Part shown: positions 25,462 through 35,788 of the stretch, piece by piece
Position numbering within the stretch: position 1 is the stretch's first letter
Layout of the letters: the number at the start of each line of letters is the position of its first letter
From: a virus
Taxonomy: Duplodnaviria; Caudoviricetes
Length of the DNA stretch: 64,000 bases
Reading direction: 5' to 3' (one strand)
Virus record (IMG/VR): IMGVR_UViG_2740891816_000001
Coordinates: 1,621 to 65,620 of that record
Translations under genes and position numbers: made by a program
Notes under the pieces: generated by a model
Told to the model about the DNA's origin: nothing
Seen by the model: only the letters and a program-made list of their open reading frames with translations
Databases searched by the model: none

Positions 25462-26085
25462 ATGAATAGGCCATACCCTCCATCGTTGCTGCTCGAGCTA
25501 TCCGAGCTATCCGAATTCGGTATCCGACTTACTCCAGCCCCCGAAGTGTGGGACTGGCTCCAGTGCGAGATCCTCGCCGACACCGGGAGCATCCACAACG
25601 AAGACCATGCCCACCTACTGGATGCAGACATTCGGATCATGTGGGCGTCGTCGAGCTTCGAGAAACAGGGGCGCACAGTCCTGGGCCAGGCCGAACAGGT
25701 AGCGTTCCGCGCCGGCGGCTGGCAGAAAGCACGGATGGAGCAGCAGATGCGTGATTGGTTCGGCGATGTGCCGGCCTTCATCATCACCTTGGCTGCTGAC
25801 TACTGCGCCCAGTGCAGCGACCTTGAGTTCTGCGCCCTGATCGAGCACGAGCTGTATCACCTGGCTCACGCGACCGACAAGTACGGTCAACCAGCATTCA
25901 CCCAAGACGGCGCACCGAAGATCAAGCTGCAGGGCCACGACGTGGAAGAGTTCGTCGGTGTGGTCCGCCGCTACGGTGCAAGCCCTGACGTTCAAGCGTT
26001 GGTGGATGCTGCAAACAGTCCTGCTGAGGTGGGGAAATTGAACATTGCGAGGGCCTGCGGAACCTGTCTGCTCAAGTTGGCCTGA
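25462..26085 (+). CDS. Putative phage metallopeptidase
   Basis: HELYH (HExxH), HDVEEF. Confidence 0.8.
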   Translation: MNRPYPPSLLLELSELSEFGIRLTPAPEVWDWLQCEILADTGSIHNEDHAHLLDADIRIMWASSSFEKQGRTVLGQAEQVAFRAGGWQKARMEQQMRDWFGDVPAFIITLAADYCAQCSDLEFCALIEHELYHLAHATDKYGQPAFTQDGAPKIKLQGHDVEEFVGVVRRYGASPDVQALVDAANSPAEVGKLNIARACGTCLLKLA

Positions 26086-26116
26086 TGTAAGACAGGCGTG
26101 AGACGGAATCTAACTT

Positions 26117-26578
26117 ATGGCAGCCCTGAAAAATGAGGTGAAGAGCTTCATCGTTCAGGCTTTGGCGTGTTTCGACACTCCGAGCCAGGTCTCACAAGCG
26201 GTGAAGCAAGAATTCGATGTGGACGTAACCCGGCAGCAGGTTGAGCAGCACGACCCAACAAAGCGCGCCGGCTCCCACCTGGCGCTCAAGTGGCAGACTC
26301 TGTTTCACGACACCCGCAAGCGATTCCGAGAAGAGACCGCCGAGATCCCGATCGCCAACCGCGCGTTCCGCCTGCGAGCCATGAACCGCTTCGTGGAGAA
26401 GGCCGAGACGATGAAGAACATCGGCCTGGCCATGCAGATCCTCGAGCAGGCAGCGAAAGAAACCGGCGACATCTACGTCAACCGGGCACGGAAGGAAGAG
26501 GCTGGTGACGAACCGGTGATCCCGACCCGTATCCAGGTCGACGTGGTAGATGCGAGGAAGCCGAATGCCGAGCCTTAA
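26117..26578 (+). CDS. terS: Terminase small subunit (DUF2280 family)
   Basis: FIVQALACFDTPSQV...EF; precedes terL. Confidence 0.85.
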   Translation: MAALKNEVKSFIVQALACFDTPSQVSQAVKQEFDVDVTRQQVEQHDPTKRAGSHLALKWQTLFHDTRKRFREETAEIPIANRAFRLRAMNRFVEKAETMKNIGLAMQILEQAAKETGDIYVNRARKEEAGDEPVIPTRIQVDVVDARKPNAEP

Positions 26579-27866
26579 CGTTCCGCAGGCTCAGTTCCTC
26601 ACGCTACCCCACAAGTTTCGTGCGTTCGTTGCTGGGTTCGGCTCAGGCAAGACCTGGGTAGGGTGCTCGGCGCTGAGCAAGCACTTTATGGAGTGGCCCG
26701 GCGTCAACGCTGGGTACTTCGCGCCGACCTACCCGCAGATACGGGACATCTTCTATCCGACCATGGATGAGGTGGCCTACGACTGGGGACTGAAGACCAA
26801 GATCAACCAGGCGAACCACGAGGTTCACATCTACAGCGGCCGGCAGTACCGCGGCACTGTGATTTGTCGGTCGATGGAGAAGCCGCAGACCATCGTTGGC
26901 TTCAAGATCGGCCAAGCGCTGGTGGATGAGCTGGACGTGCTGACCGCCGTCAAGGCGCAGCAGGCCTGGCGCAAGATCATTGCCCGAATGCGCTACAACC
27001 TGCCCGGGCTGAAGAACGGGGTGGACGTAACCACGACACCGGAAGGCTTCAAGTTCGTCTTCCTGCAGTTCGTGAAGCAGTTGCGGGACAAGCCTTCGCT
27101 CAAAGAGATGTACGGCCTGGTGCAGGCCAGCACTTTCGACAACGAGTTGAACCTGCCGGATGACTACATCGCATCCCTGATGGAGTCGTACCCGCCACAG
27201 CTGATCATGGCGTACCTCAAGGGGCAGTTCGTCAACCTGACCTCAGGCACGATCTACACGGCCTACGACCGCAAGTTGAACGGATGCCTCGACACCGTGC
27301 AGCCCGGCGAGCCTCTGTTCATTGGCATGGACTTCAACGTCGGCAAGATGGTGGCGATCACCCACGTCAAGCGCGATCAAGGCTTGCCCAGGGCCGTGGA
27401 TGAGCTGATCGACGGCTACGACACGCCCGACATGATCCGTCGCATCAAGGAACGCTACTGGCAGCACGATGGGAATGACTTCAAGAAGACCTGCGAGATC
27501 AGGATCTACCCGGATGCCTCGGGCGATTCACGCAAGTCTGTGAACGCCAGCATCACCGACCTTGCCATGCTCAAGCAGGCCGGGTTCGCGGTCATCGCTC
27601 CAGCGGCAAACCCGCCGGTGAAGGACCGAATCAACGCAATGAACGCCGTCTTCTGCAATGCGCAGGGCGAGCGCCGCTACCTGGTCAATCCGTTCACCTG
27701 CCCAACCTACGCCGATGGCCTGGAGCAGCAGGTGTGGGGCGCGAACGGTGAGCCAGACAAAACCGCCGGCATCGATCACGCGAACGACGCCGGCGGTTAC
27801 TTCATCCACCGCGAGTACCCGATCATCAAACCGGTCACCGCTATCAAAATGGGATACGCCCGATGA
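26565..27866 (+). CDS. terL: Terminase large subunit
   Basis: AGFGSGKT Walker A, LVDE Walker B, GMDFN nuclease, DHANDA. Confidence 0.95.
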   Translation: MPSLNVPQAQFLTLPHKFRAFVAGFGSGKTWVGCSALSKHFMEWPGVNAGYFAPTYPQIRDIFYPTMDEVAYDWGLKTKINQANHEVHIYSGRQYRGTVICRSMEKPQTIVGFKIGQALVDELDVLTAVKAQQAWRKIIARMRYNLPGLKNGVDVTTTPEGFKFVFLQFVKQLRDKPSLKEMYGLVQASTFDNELNLPDDYIASLMESYPPQLIMAYLKGQFVNLTSGTIYTAYDRKLNGCLDTVQPGEPLFIGMDFNVGKMVAITHVKRDQGLPRAVDELIDGYDTPDMIRRIKERYWQHDGNDFKKTCEIRIYPDASGDSRKSVNASITDLAMLKQAGFAVIAPAANPPVKDRINAMNAVFCNAQGERRYLVNPFTCPTYADGLEQQVWGANGEPDKTAGIDHANDAGGYFIHREYPIIKPVTAIKMGYAR

Positions 27867-29281
27867 GCAACGACGTCTCCTTCAAGCGGGCGGATTACAT
27901 CGAAGCGCTGGACCGCTGGGCGACCGTTCGCGACGTCTGCGCCGGGCAGCACCGGGTTGTCGATCGGCTCCCATACATCAACGCGCACGACAAGTCGCCG
28001 GAGAACGAAGACCGGAACCGGGCTTACCGCGAGCGGGCGGTGTTCAAGAACGCCACCGGGCACACCCGTAACGGGTTGCTTGGCCTGGCCTTCCATAAAG
28101 ACCCGACACTCACGGTGTCGAAGAAACTGGAATATCTGCAGGACAACGCCAACGGTTCCGGCGTCAGCGTCTACCAGCATTCCCAGGGCACGCTTGAAAA
28201 GGTGCTTGAGGCCGGTCGGCATGGGCTGTACGTCGACTATCACCAGGACGACAGCATCGGCGGGCACTCGGTGATCCTGTCCTACTGCGCTGAAGACATC
28301 ATCAACTGGCGCACCGGCATGGTTAACGGTCACAGCGTGCTGACACTGGTGGTGTTGCGTGAGTCGCCTGAGATTCCCGACGGCTTCGGTTTCAAGACGG
28401 TCGAGCAGTACCGGGAACTGGCGCTGGAGGACGACGGCTTTGTCTGCCGGGTCTGGCGCAGGTCCGGGCCGAAAGGTGGCGGGCCGCTGGCGGTCACCGA
28501 AGAATTCAGGCCTGAAGGTGTCACTGGGCGTTTCAAAGAGATCCCGTTCACCTTTGTCGGCGCGCAGAACAATGACCCCAGCATCGACGAATCACCCCTG
28601 TACGACATCGCCATGATCAACCTGGGCCATTACCGGAACAGCGCCGACTATGAGGACAGCGTTTTCTGGTGTGGACAGGCCCAGCCGTGGATCAGCGGCT
28701 TGGATGAGCAGTGGCGCGACTGGATGGAGAAGAACGGCGTCTATGTCGGCTCCAGGGCGCCAATGATGCTGCCGACCGGTGGCCAGTTCGGCTACGCGCA
28801 GCCATTGCCCAACACACTGGTCAAAGAGGCCATGGCCGACAAGAACCAGATGATGATCGAGCTGGGCGCGCGGATGGTGGTGGCGTCAATTGCCACCAAG
28901 ACCGCTACGGAGTCTCGTGGTGATCAGTCGGCCTCCACTTCGGTGCTGGCCGGCTGCGTGGCAAACGTAAGCGAGGCTTACACCCGGGCAATCATGTGGT
29001 GTTGCGCCTACATGGGCATCGCTGACAAGAAGGTTGCCTACCAGGTGAATCAGGAGTTTGTTGAACTGACGGCTGATCCGCAGATGATCACCGCCTTGGT
29101 CGGCTTGTGGCAGAACGGCGGATTCGCGAAGGCTGACCTTCGGGCCTACCTGCGTAAGTTGGGCCTGATCGCGCCAGAGCGCACTGACCTGCAGATCGAC
29201 GGCGAATTGCAGGAGCAGGGCGACGGCCTGGGCCTGGACAACGAGGACGCACCAAATGGCGGCAAACCAAGCAATCCATGA
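27863..29281 (+). CDS. Portal protein (DUF4055-like)
   Basis: Follows terL; Y.ERAVF.NAT..T; 472 aa. Confidence 0.88.
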   Translation: MSNDVSFKRADYIEALDRWATVRDVCAGQHRVVDRLPYINAHDKSPENEDRNRAYRERAVFKNATGHTRNGLLGLAFHKDPTLTVSKKLEYLQDNANGSGVSVYQHSQGTLEKVLEAGRHGLYVDYHQDDSIGGHSVILSYCAEDIINWRTGMVNGHSVLTLVVLRESPEIPDGFGFKTVEQYRELALEDDGFVCRVWRRSGPKGGGPLAVTEEFRPEGVTGRFKEIPFTFVGAQNNDPSIDESPLYDIAMINLGHYRNSADYEDSVFWCGQAQPWISGLDEQWRDWMEKNGVYVGSRAPMMLPTGGQFGYAQPLPNTLVKEAMADKNQMMIELGARMVVASIATKTATESRGDQSASTSVLAGCVANVSEAYTRAIMWCCAYMGIADKKVAYQVNQEFVELTADPQMITALVGLWQNGGFAKADLRAYLRKLGLIAPERTDLQIDGELQEQGDGLGLDNEDAPNGGKPSNP

Positions 29282-30341
29282 CGCCACCATCCGGCACGCC
29301 GTTTTCCTCGAAAAGCTGAAGGCGGGGGAGGTGGGCAAGTTCGCTCCCTTCCTCAAGGAGATCGATCGCTCGATCCGCGACCGGCTGACCCAGTCGGACC
29401 TGACCGAGTACAACGTCAAGCGCCTGGAAGCGCTGCTGAAGGAGGTCGACAGCCTGTTGCTGGGCATCTTCGACCGCTACAGCGCGCAACTGAACCTCGA
29501 CTTGGTGGATATCGCCAACTATGAGGCCGAGTTCGAGGCGACCAGTCTTGCCAGGTCAGCACCGGTCGGCGTATCGCTCGACGTGGTTGCGCCGACAGCC
29601 GCAGCAATCCGCACTGCAGTGCTGAAGAATCCGCTCAGCGTGCGCGGTACCGGCGGTGGGAAGTTGCTGAAGGCCTTCATCAAGGGTTGGACCGGCGCCG
29701 AGCGAGAGCGTGTCACCGGCACTATTCGGCAGGGCTACTTCGAAGGGCAGACGAACTTCCAGATCATCCGCAACATTCGCGGTACCAAGGCTGCCGGGTA
29801 CAAAGACGGCATCCTGGCGACCACCAACCGCAATGCCGCCACGGTCGTACATACCGCGATTCAGCATGTGTCGTCTCAGGCGCGTATGGAGGTGGCCAAG
29901 GCCAACACTGACATCGTGGAAGAAATCCAGATGGTGGCCACGCTGGACAGCAAAACCAGTCAGCTTTGCTGCTCTATGGACAAGCGCAAGTTTCCGGTGG
30001 ATTCCGGCCCAAGGCCGCCATTCCACCCGAACTGCCGCACTACCTTCATTCTCCTGACCAAGCTCAGCGCGATGTTTGCCAAAGGTGCTACCCGGGCTTC
30101 GGTGGGTGCCAATGGCGGACAGCAGGTCAGTGCCGACCTCGACTATTACCACTGGCTTCAGCAGCAGCCTGCGGCGTTTCAGGATGTGGCGATTGGTCCG
30201 GTGCGTGCCAAGCTGTTCCGGGAGGGGGGATTGACGGTGGAGCGATTCGCCGAGCTGCAGCTTGATCGAAACTTAGCGCCGCTGACCCTGGCGCAGATGA
30301 AAGGGCTTGAACCGCTGGCATTCGAGCGCGCCGGGATTTAA
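29256..30341 (+). CDS. Minor head protein (SPP1 gp7/Mu F-like)
   Basis: ATLDSKTS..C, PPFHPNCR. Confidence 0.88.
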   Translation: MAANQAIHDATIRHAVFLEKLKAGEVGKFAPFLKEIDRSIRDRLTQSDLTEYNVKRLEALLKEVDSLLLGIFDRYSAQLNLDLVDIANYEAEFEATSLARSAPVGVSLDVVAPTAAAIRTAVLKNPLSVRGTGGGKLLKAFIKGWTGAERERVTGTIRQGYFEGQTNFQIIRNIRGTKAAGYKDGILATTNRNAATVVHTAIQHVSSQARMEVAKANTDIVEEIQMVATLDSKTSQLCCSMDKRKFPVDSGPRPPFHPNCRTTFILLTKLSAMFAKGATRASVGANGGQQVSADLDYYHWLQQQPAAFQDVAIGPVRAKLFREGGLTVERFAELQLDRNLAPLTLAQMKGLEPLAFERAGI

Positions 30342-30423
30342 CCGAACACATTCAATCAGCCGCCTCTGGGCGGTTTTTTATTGCCTGCAAAGCGGGCGAA
30401 ACATACCCAAGGGGTGCATCAAC

Positions 30424-31152
30424 GTGGCAGAAGAAAACGAAATCGACCTGGAAAACCCGGCAATCAAGGCCGCTATCGCGACTGCCGTTGAAGCATCCGT
30501 TTCGGGTTTGAAAACCAAGAACTCGGAACTGCTGGGCAAGCTGAAGGAAACCTCCGGCAAGTTGACCCAGTTCGAAACCCAATTTGAAGGCATCGACATC
30601 GACGCCGTCAAAGGACTGCTCAGTCGAGCGGGCCAGGACGAAGAAACCAAGTTGCTAACTGAGGGCAAGGTTGACGAAGTGTTCAACAAGCGCACCGAGC
30701 GCCTGCGTGGCGAGCACGACAAGCAACTGAAGGCGCTCGCCGGCCGCGCCGAGAAGGCTGAAGCCTTCGCCGCCAAGTTCCAGGGCAAAGTCTTGGGCGA
30801 CTCGGTGCGCGGCGCTGCACTGAAAGCCGGCGCACTGCCGGAAGCAACCGACGACATCATCCTGCGCGCCAAAGGCGTGTTCTCTCTAAACGAAGAGGGC
30901 GAAGCGGTCGCTGTCGATGAGCATGGCCAGACCATCCTCGGCAAAGACGGCAAGACCCCTCTGACTCCGCTCGAATGGGCCGAGTCTCTGCGCGAAAGCG
31001 CGCCCCACCTGTGGCCAAGGGCCTCAGGGACACAAGCCCCGGGCGGGGGCGGCGGCCAGGCTGCATTCAAGCGCTCCGAAATGACCTCCGAGCAAAAGCG
31101 CGAATACCAGCGCAAGCACGGCCAAACCGCATATCTGCAATTGCCCAAGTAA
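30424..31152 (+). CDS. Capsid scaffolding protein
   Basis: GTG start; coiled coil just before the capsid gene. Confidence 0.8.
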   Translation: MAEENEIDLENPAIKAAIATAVEASVSGLKTKNSELLGKLKETSGKLTQFETQFEGIDIDAVKGLLSRAGQDEETKLLTEGKVDEVFNKRTERLRGEHDKQLKALAGRAEKAEAFAAKFQGKVLGDSVRGAALKAGALPEATDDIILRAKGVFSLNEEGEAVAVDEHGQTILGKDGKTPLTPLEWAESLRESAPHLWPRASGTQAPGGGGGQAAFKRSEMTSEQKREYQRKHGQTAYLQLPK

Positions 31153-31164
31153 GGGGAAATACTC

Positions 31165-32127
31165 ATGGCGACAACCGTCAATAGCGACCTGATCATCTAC
31201 AACGATGAGGCGCAAACTGCATACCTGGAGCGCGTTCAGGACAACCTGGACGTGTTCAACGCGTCTTCCAATGGCGCGATCGTCCTCGACAACGAGCTGA
31301 TCGAAGGCGACTTCCGCAAGCGCGCTTTCTACAAGATTGGCGGCTCGCTGGAACACCGCGACGTCAACTCCACCGGGAAGGTGACCGCCAAAAAGATCGG
31401 CGCCGGTGAGGCCGTCGGTGTCAAGGCGCCGTGGAAATACGGCCCGTACCAGACCACCGAAGAGGCGTTCAAGCGTCGCGGCCGCCCGGTTGATGAGTTC
31501 TCCCAGATCATCGGTGCCGACGTTGCCGACGCGACCTTGGAAGGCTTCATCCAGTACGCCACCGCCGCGTTGCGCGCCGCCATCGGCTCCAACGCCGGCA
31601 TGGTGGTCTCGGCGAACATCGAAACCGACGGCAAGAAGACGCTGACCCGCGGCATGCGCAAATTCGGCGACAAGTTCGGTCGCATTGTGTTGTGGGTTAT
31701 GCACTCCAGTGCCTACTTCGACATCGTCGACGAGGCCATCACCAACAAAATCTACGAAGAAGCCGGTGTCGTTATCTATGGTGGCCTGCCTGGCACCCTG
31801 GGCAAGCCCGTGCTGGTGACTGATACCGCGCCATCTGACGTGATCTTCGGCCTGCTGCCGAACGCCGTGGTGATCACCGAGTCCCAAGCCCCCGGCTTCC
31901 GTTCGTACAATGTGGACGACGAGGAAAACCTCGGCATCGGCTACCGCGCCGAGGGCACCGTCAACATTGACGTCCTGGGTTACAGCTGGAAGGAAACTGC
32001 CGGCGGCGCGAACCCAACCCTGGCGGCTGTCGGTTCGGCGGCCAACTGGGTCAAGCATGCCGACAGCAACAAGGTCACCGCCGGCGTGATGATCACCCTC
32101 ACCACTACGCCACCAGCCGGCGGCTGA
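31165..32127 (+). CDS. Major capsid protein
   Basis: 320 aa, position, strong codon bias. Confidence 0.9.
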   Translation: MATTVNSDLIIYNDEAQTAYLERVQDNLDVFNASSNGAIVLDNELIEGDFRKRAFYKIGGSLEHRDVNSTGKVTAKKIGAGEAVGVKAPWKYGPYQTTEEAFKRRGRPVDEFSQIIGADVADATLEGFIQYATAALRAAIGSNAGMVVSANIETDGKKTLTRGMRKFGDKFGRIVLWVMHSSAYFDIVDEAITNKIYEEAGVVIYGGLPGTLGKPVLVTDTAPSDVIFGLLPNAVVITESQAPGFRSYNVDDEENLGIGYRAEGTVNIDVLGYSWKETAGGANPTLAAVGSAANWVKHADSNKVTAGVMITLTTTPPAGG

Positions 32128-32173
32128 TATTCACCCCAGGAAACGGTCGGCAACGGCCGCTACGGAGATTCCC

Positions 32174-32764
32174 ATGGAACTGATTTACACGAACCAGCTT
32201 GAGGGCTTTGATCCGGAGAAGCACTACCGGACTGCGAGTCTATTTCGCGGCATTGAACGCGACGCGACGGCGGTGGTGGTCGTTGGCGAACATCCAGATA
32301 TCGTCGCTGCCTATGAGGCTGCAGGCGTTGACGTGTCGGTCGTCGAGACTCCAGCACCTTCCGCAGTCAGCGTGCCAGCGGGACTACCCGATGCGCTGGC
32401 TGAGGAAATTGCCAGGTTGCGGACTGAAAATGGCGCGCTCATTCTGCTGGTTGATGGCCTGGAAGCTGGCGAAATTCAGCGACCCGAAGTTGGTGAAATC
32501 GCGTTGCGATTGTTTGGCGTGCTGGGCACCATCCACACCTCGGTTGGAGAGCTGACTACTGAGCGTGACGGCCTGCTCGTGACCGTCGACACACTGCGCG
32601 GCGAGGTTGAAGCGCTGAAGAAGGCCGCCATCACGCCGCCGGCTGATGAGGCTGGAGAAATCGCGGCGCTGAAAGCAAAGCTCGATGACGCGAAGGTGCC
32701 GTACCGGGCCAACGCCTCGAAGGAATCCTTGGAAAAGCTCGTAGCTGATCTGCCCAAGGCCTGA
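32174..32764 (+). CDS. Head-associated protein with C-terminal HeH/LEM-like motif
   Basis: LKAKLDDAKVPYRANASKESLEKLV. Confidence 0.65.
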   Translation: MELIYTNQLEGFDPEKHYRTASLFRGIERDATAVVVVGEHPDIVAAYEAAGVDVSVVETPAPSAVSVPAGLPDALAEEIARLRTENGALILLVDGLEAGEIQRPEVGEIALRLFGVLGTIHTSVGELTTERDGLLVTVDTLRGEVEALKKAAITPPADEAGEIAALKAKLDDAKVPYRANASKESLEKLVADLPKA

Positions 32765-32823
32765 TAATGCTGGCTGCCGGCGACCCGGCGGCCAATCTTC
32801 AAACCATTTCAGCGAGTTGACGC

Positions 32824-33327
32824 ATGACACTCATCATCGAGGACGGCACCGGCAAGCCTGACGCCGAAAGCTACGCGAGCGCTGAGGACTTGGCCCTGTA
32901 TGCCGTGAAATTCGGCACAGTCATCCCCGCAGGCGTTCCCGAGCAGGAAGCATTGCTGCGCCGGGCCGCCTTGGCGATGGATGGCATGACCTGGAAAGGG
33001 CGCAAGACCAATAGCGAGCAGGCCCTGTCCTGGCCGCGCCGGGAAGTGCTGCTGGATCACGAGATCAAGCCGAACAACTACCTGCCGGCGCGTATCCAGT
33101 ATGGGCAGATGGCCCTGGCCGCCGAGATCCATCAGGACGACATCGATCCGGTGGAGAAGCGCAAGGGCGCGGTAACTCTGGAGCGTGTCGAGGGCGCGGT
33201 AACTCGCGAGTACGCGACTATTCCGAACACCAGCGGCCGACTGTTGCCGGCGGCGCCGGACCGGCCGAGTGCTACGCAGTTTGCGGACTACTTACAAAAG
33301 AGGGGATTGTTTGCGATCCGAGCCTAA
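32824..33327 (+). CDS. Head-tail adaptor (DnaT-like annotated family)
   Basis: LIIEDGTGKPDAESYAS; ALSWPR. Confidence 0.8.
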   Translation: MTLIIEDGTGKPDAESYASAEDLALYAVKFGTVIPAGVPEQEALLRRAALAMDGMTWKGRKTNSEQALSWPRREVLLDHEIKPNNYLPARIQYGQMALAAEIHQDDIDPVEKRKGAVTLERVEGAVTREYATIPNTSGRLLPAAPDRPSATQFADYLQKRGLFAIRA

Positions 33328-33614
33328 AGCCCCAAGTCGTCTTCAAGCTGATTGACCCAGTATTTCTCTGTGAGCGGCCGTCTTTTGGTCATTCCCCCTT
33401 CTGCCAACTCAGTTAGCAGTTCGATATTCGATGAGTCTCCGTAAGGAAAGCAGTCCTCATAAATATCCAGATAGCGCTCACTCAAGTGGGTTTCCCTTAT
33501 CTCCTCGGCAAGCCTGGTTTTTACGATGAGTTCCTTTGCTGGAATGTTCCCGTGCTTGTTTGCAATGGCGTCTTTCAAATCCAGCAACGCGTCCTTAAAG
33601 GTCGCCTTTTTCAT
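33324..33614 (-). CDS. Low-GC 96 aa moron inserted antisense in the head-tail operon
   Basis: ORF track; AT-rich; overlaps the stop of the upstream gene. Confidence 0.65.
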   Translation of the reverse strand: MKKATFKDALLDLKDAIANKHGNIPAKELIVKTRLAEEIRETHLSERYLDIYEDCFPYGDSSNIELLTELAEGGMTKRRPLTEKYWVNQLEDDLGL

Positions 33615-33633
33615 GAGTGCCCCGGAGGGTAAG

Positions 33634-34002
33634 TTGAATTTCTATGGCGAATTGGCCGTAACGGCGCTCGAGATGATTACAGAGTTTGGCCAGCCTGTAA
33701 CCATCAGCAAGACGGAATCGGGCGAGTACGACCCAGAGACGGGCGGCGAAGCGCCGGAGGCAACTGTTAAGCAAATCGCCCAGGGGATCCTTCTCGACTT
33801 CACCGGCCAAGAATTCCAAAACAACAGTCTCATCAAACAGGGCGACAAGAAGCTCAAGATCGCCGCGCAGGGGTTGGCCTGGGTGCCGGGGCTGCTCGAC
33901 AAAGTGGTCGCTCAGGGCCGCACCTGGTCCATCGTTCCGCCGCTGAAAGAGGTCAACCCGGCCGGCACGCCGATTCTGTATGAACTGCAGGTGCGGTCTT
34001 GA
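33634..34002 (+). CDS. Head closure/joining protein
   Basis: TTG start after GGAGG (ATG 33613 is an alternative); synteny. Confidence 0.7.
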   Translation: MNFYGELAVTALEMITEFGQPVTISKTESGEYDPETGGEAPEATVKQIAQGILLDFTGQEFQNNSLIKQGDKKLKIAAQGLAWVPGLLDKVVAQGRTWSIVPPLKEVNPAGTPILYELQVRS

Positions 34003-34655
34003 GCCGGGCAGGCGCCGGTCAATCCGGCAGTTTCGCCCTGAGCCTCGCCGAGTTCGCCGCCCAAACCAGCGAAGCCATCGACGCCAGCGTGCGCGAGATC
34101 ATCATCGAGGTCGGCAGCAGCCTGATTCGAATGTCTCCCGTGGGTAACCCGGAGATCTGGGCCGCAAACGTTGCTCACCGTGAGGCGAACACCCGGGCGG
34201 CCGACGACTATGACTTCAAGGTCGCGGTCCGCAATACGATCATCAACCTCAACGAGTCGAACTTCACCAAAGCCGGCAAATTGCGAAAGGGTGTGAAGTA
34301 CGCCAAGCCCCTGACAAAGACCGAGCGCGACCAGAATTTCAACGTTAACGGTTTGGTGGCTGGCAAGGACTACGTCGGCGGCCGGTTCCGGGCGAACTGG
34401 CACATATCGCTTGGCGTGATAGAGAGCGTCACCTTTGATGAGGTTGACCCGAGCGGCGCCGAAACCACCGCTGCAATGGTTGCCGCGATGAGTGATTTCA
34501 CCGCTGGCCAAATGGCCTACATCATCAACAACTTGCCCTACGCGATCCCGCTGGAGTTCGGCCACTCAACCCAGGCCCCCGGCGGCATGGTTCGGGTAAC
34601 TGTGGCTCGCTTTCAGCAGATCGTGCTGGAGGCCATCAGGAACAACCAAGTATGA
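33999..34655 (+). CDS. HK97 gp10-like tail completion protein
   Basis: SPVG...GRFRANW...NNLPYA..LEFGHSTQAP.GMV. Confidence 0.8.
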   Translation: MSRAGAGQSGSFALSLAEFAAQTSEAIDASVREIIIEVGSSLIRMSPVGNPEIWAANVAHREANTRAADDYDFKVAVRNTIINLNESNFTKAGKLRKGVKYAKPLTKTERDQNFNVNGLVAGKDYVGGRFRANWHISLGVIESVTFDEVDPSGAETTAAMVAAMSDFTAGQMAYIINNLPYAIPLEFGHSTQAPGGMVRVTVARFQQIVLEAIRNNQV

Positions 34656-35080
34656 GTCACGCACGCGCCCGTCAGGCCATCGAAACGAAGCTGGCCGCAT
34701 GGGCGGCTGCGCGCCCGATAAGGGTGGCCTACCCAAATCAACCGTTCACTCCGGGTTCTTCTGAAACCTACCTCCGAGCCTTTCAACTTCCAGCCAGCAC
34801 CACCTGCCGCTATCTCGGCGGGGAGGCCTACGAGTACGCCGGTGTTTACCAGGTCAGCATCGTTTGTCCGTCCGGCCAGGCTTTGGCCACCGCCGAGACG
34901 CTTATTGACGAATTGACCCGGCTGTTCCGCGTCGACACGCCTCTGACCCGTAACGGTTTCGAAGGCCTGATCACTGAGCCAGTAGATCAGGGACCAACTA
35001 TCACAGAGTCGGCGACCTACACGGTCCCGGCCAGCTTCACCTATCTGGGTGTCGCAGACCAACCGCCCGCCGGGGCATAA
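34652..35080 (+). CDS. Tail terminator protein
   Basis: VAYPNQPF, G.YQVSI; synteny. Confidence 0.78.
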   Translation: MSHARARQAIETKLAAWAAARPIRVAYPNQPFTPGSSETYLRAFQLPASTTCRYLGGEAYEYAGVYQVSIVCPSGQALATAETLIDELTRLFRVDTPLTRNGFEGLITEPVDQGPTITESATYTVPASFTYLGVADQPPAGA

Positions 35081-35119
35081 CCTACCGCCGTCAGGCGGGC
35101 ACTCAAGAGGAAATACACC

Positions 35120-35779
35120 ATGGCCGCACGCTTCCCGCTGCCGAACGGCGCTGTGCTGGAGATTGCCAGCGTTATGGGCTCCGCAGTCGCTTTCACCGCA
35201 TTGACCAATGCGAAATCGCCAGTCGCTGCTTCTGTAGGGCACAGCATTGAAAACGGCGACGTCCTGCTGATCAATTCTGGCTGGGCGCTGATCAACGACC
35301 GCGCCGTAAAAGCTTCCGGCATTACTGCTGATGCTTTCGCTCTGGCCGGTCTCAACACGACCAATACCGACAAATACACCATCGGTGCAGGCGCTGGTTC
35401 TGTGATTCCCGTGTCCGGATGGACGCAAATCTCCAAGGTGACTTCTTTCACGTCCTCCGGCGGTGAGCAGCAGTACCAAACCGTCGGCTACCTGGAAGAT
35501 GACGACGACAAACAGTTCCCGACAAACCGCAATCCGACCACGATCACCATCGTGGTGGAGGACCAGCCAACGGCTCAGTACGTCGAAACCGTCGAAGGAT
35601 ACGACGACACCAAGGAACTGGCGGTGGTCCGCATGAAGTTGCGTAACGGTGACCAGATTCTCTACCCGGGCTATGTGAGCATTACCCCTGACCCAACCAT
35701 GGAGCGCAACAACGTCATGACGCGCACCATCAGCATCGGGCTTTCCGCTCGTTCGCTCCGTTATTTGGCTGGCGCATAA
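35120..35779 (+). CDS. Major tail tube protein
   Basis: LPNGA...WTQI..V....SGGEQQY; synteny. Confidence 0.85.
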   Translation: MAARFPLPNGAVLEIASVMGSAVAFTALTNAKSPVAASVGHSIENGDVLLINSGWALINDRAVKASGITADAFALAGLNTTNTDKYTIGAGAGSVIPVSGWTQISKVTSFTSSGGEQQYQTVGYLEDDDDKQFPTNRNPTTITIVVEDQPTAQYVETVEGYDDTKELAVVRMKLRNGDQILYPGYVSITPDPTMERNNVMTRTISIGLSARSLRYLAGA

Positions 35780-35788
35780 GGATTTCCC

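Noticed and set aside
33324-33614. Anti-CRISPR operon
   Set aside because: No adjacent aca-like HTH gene and no recognisable Acr family; kept only as an orphan finding
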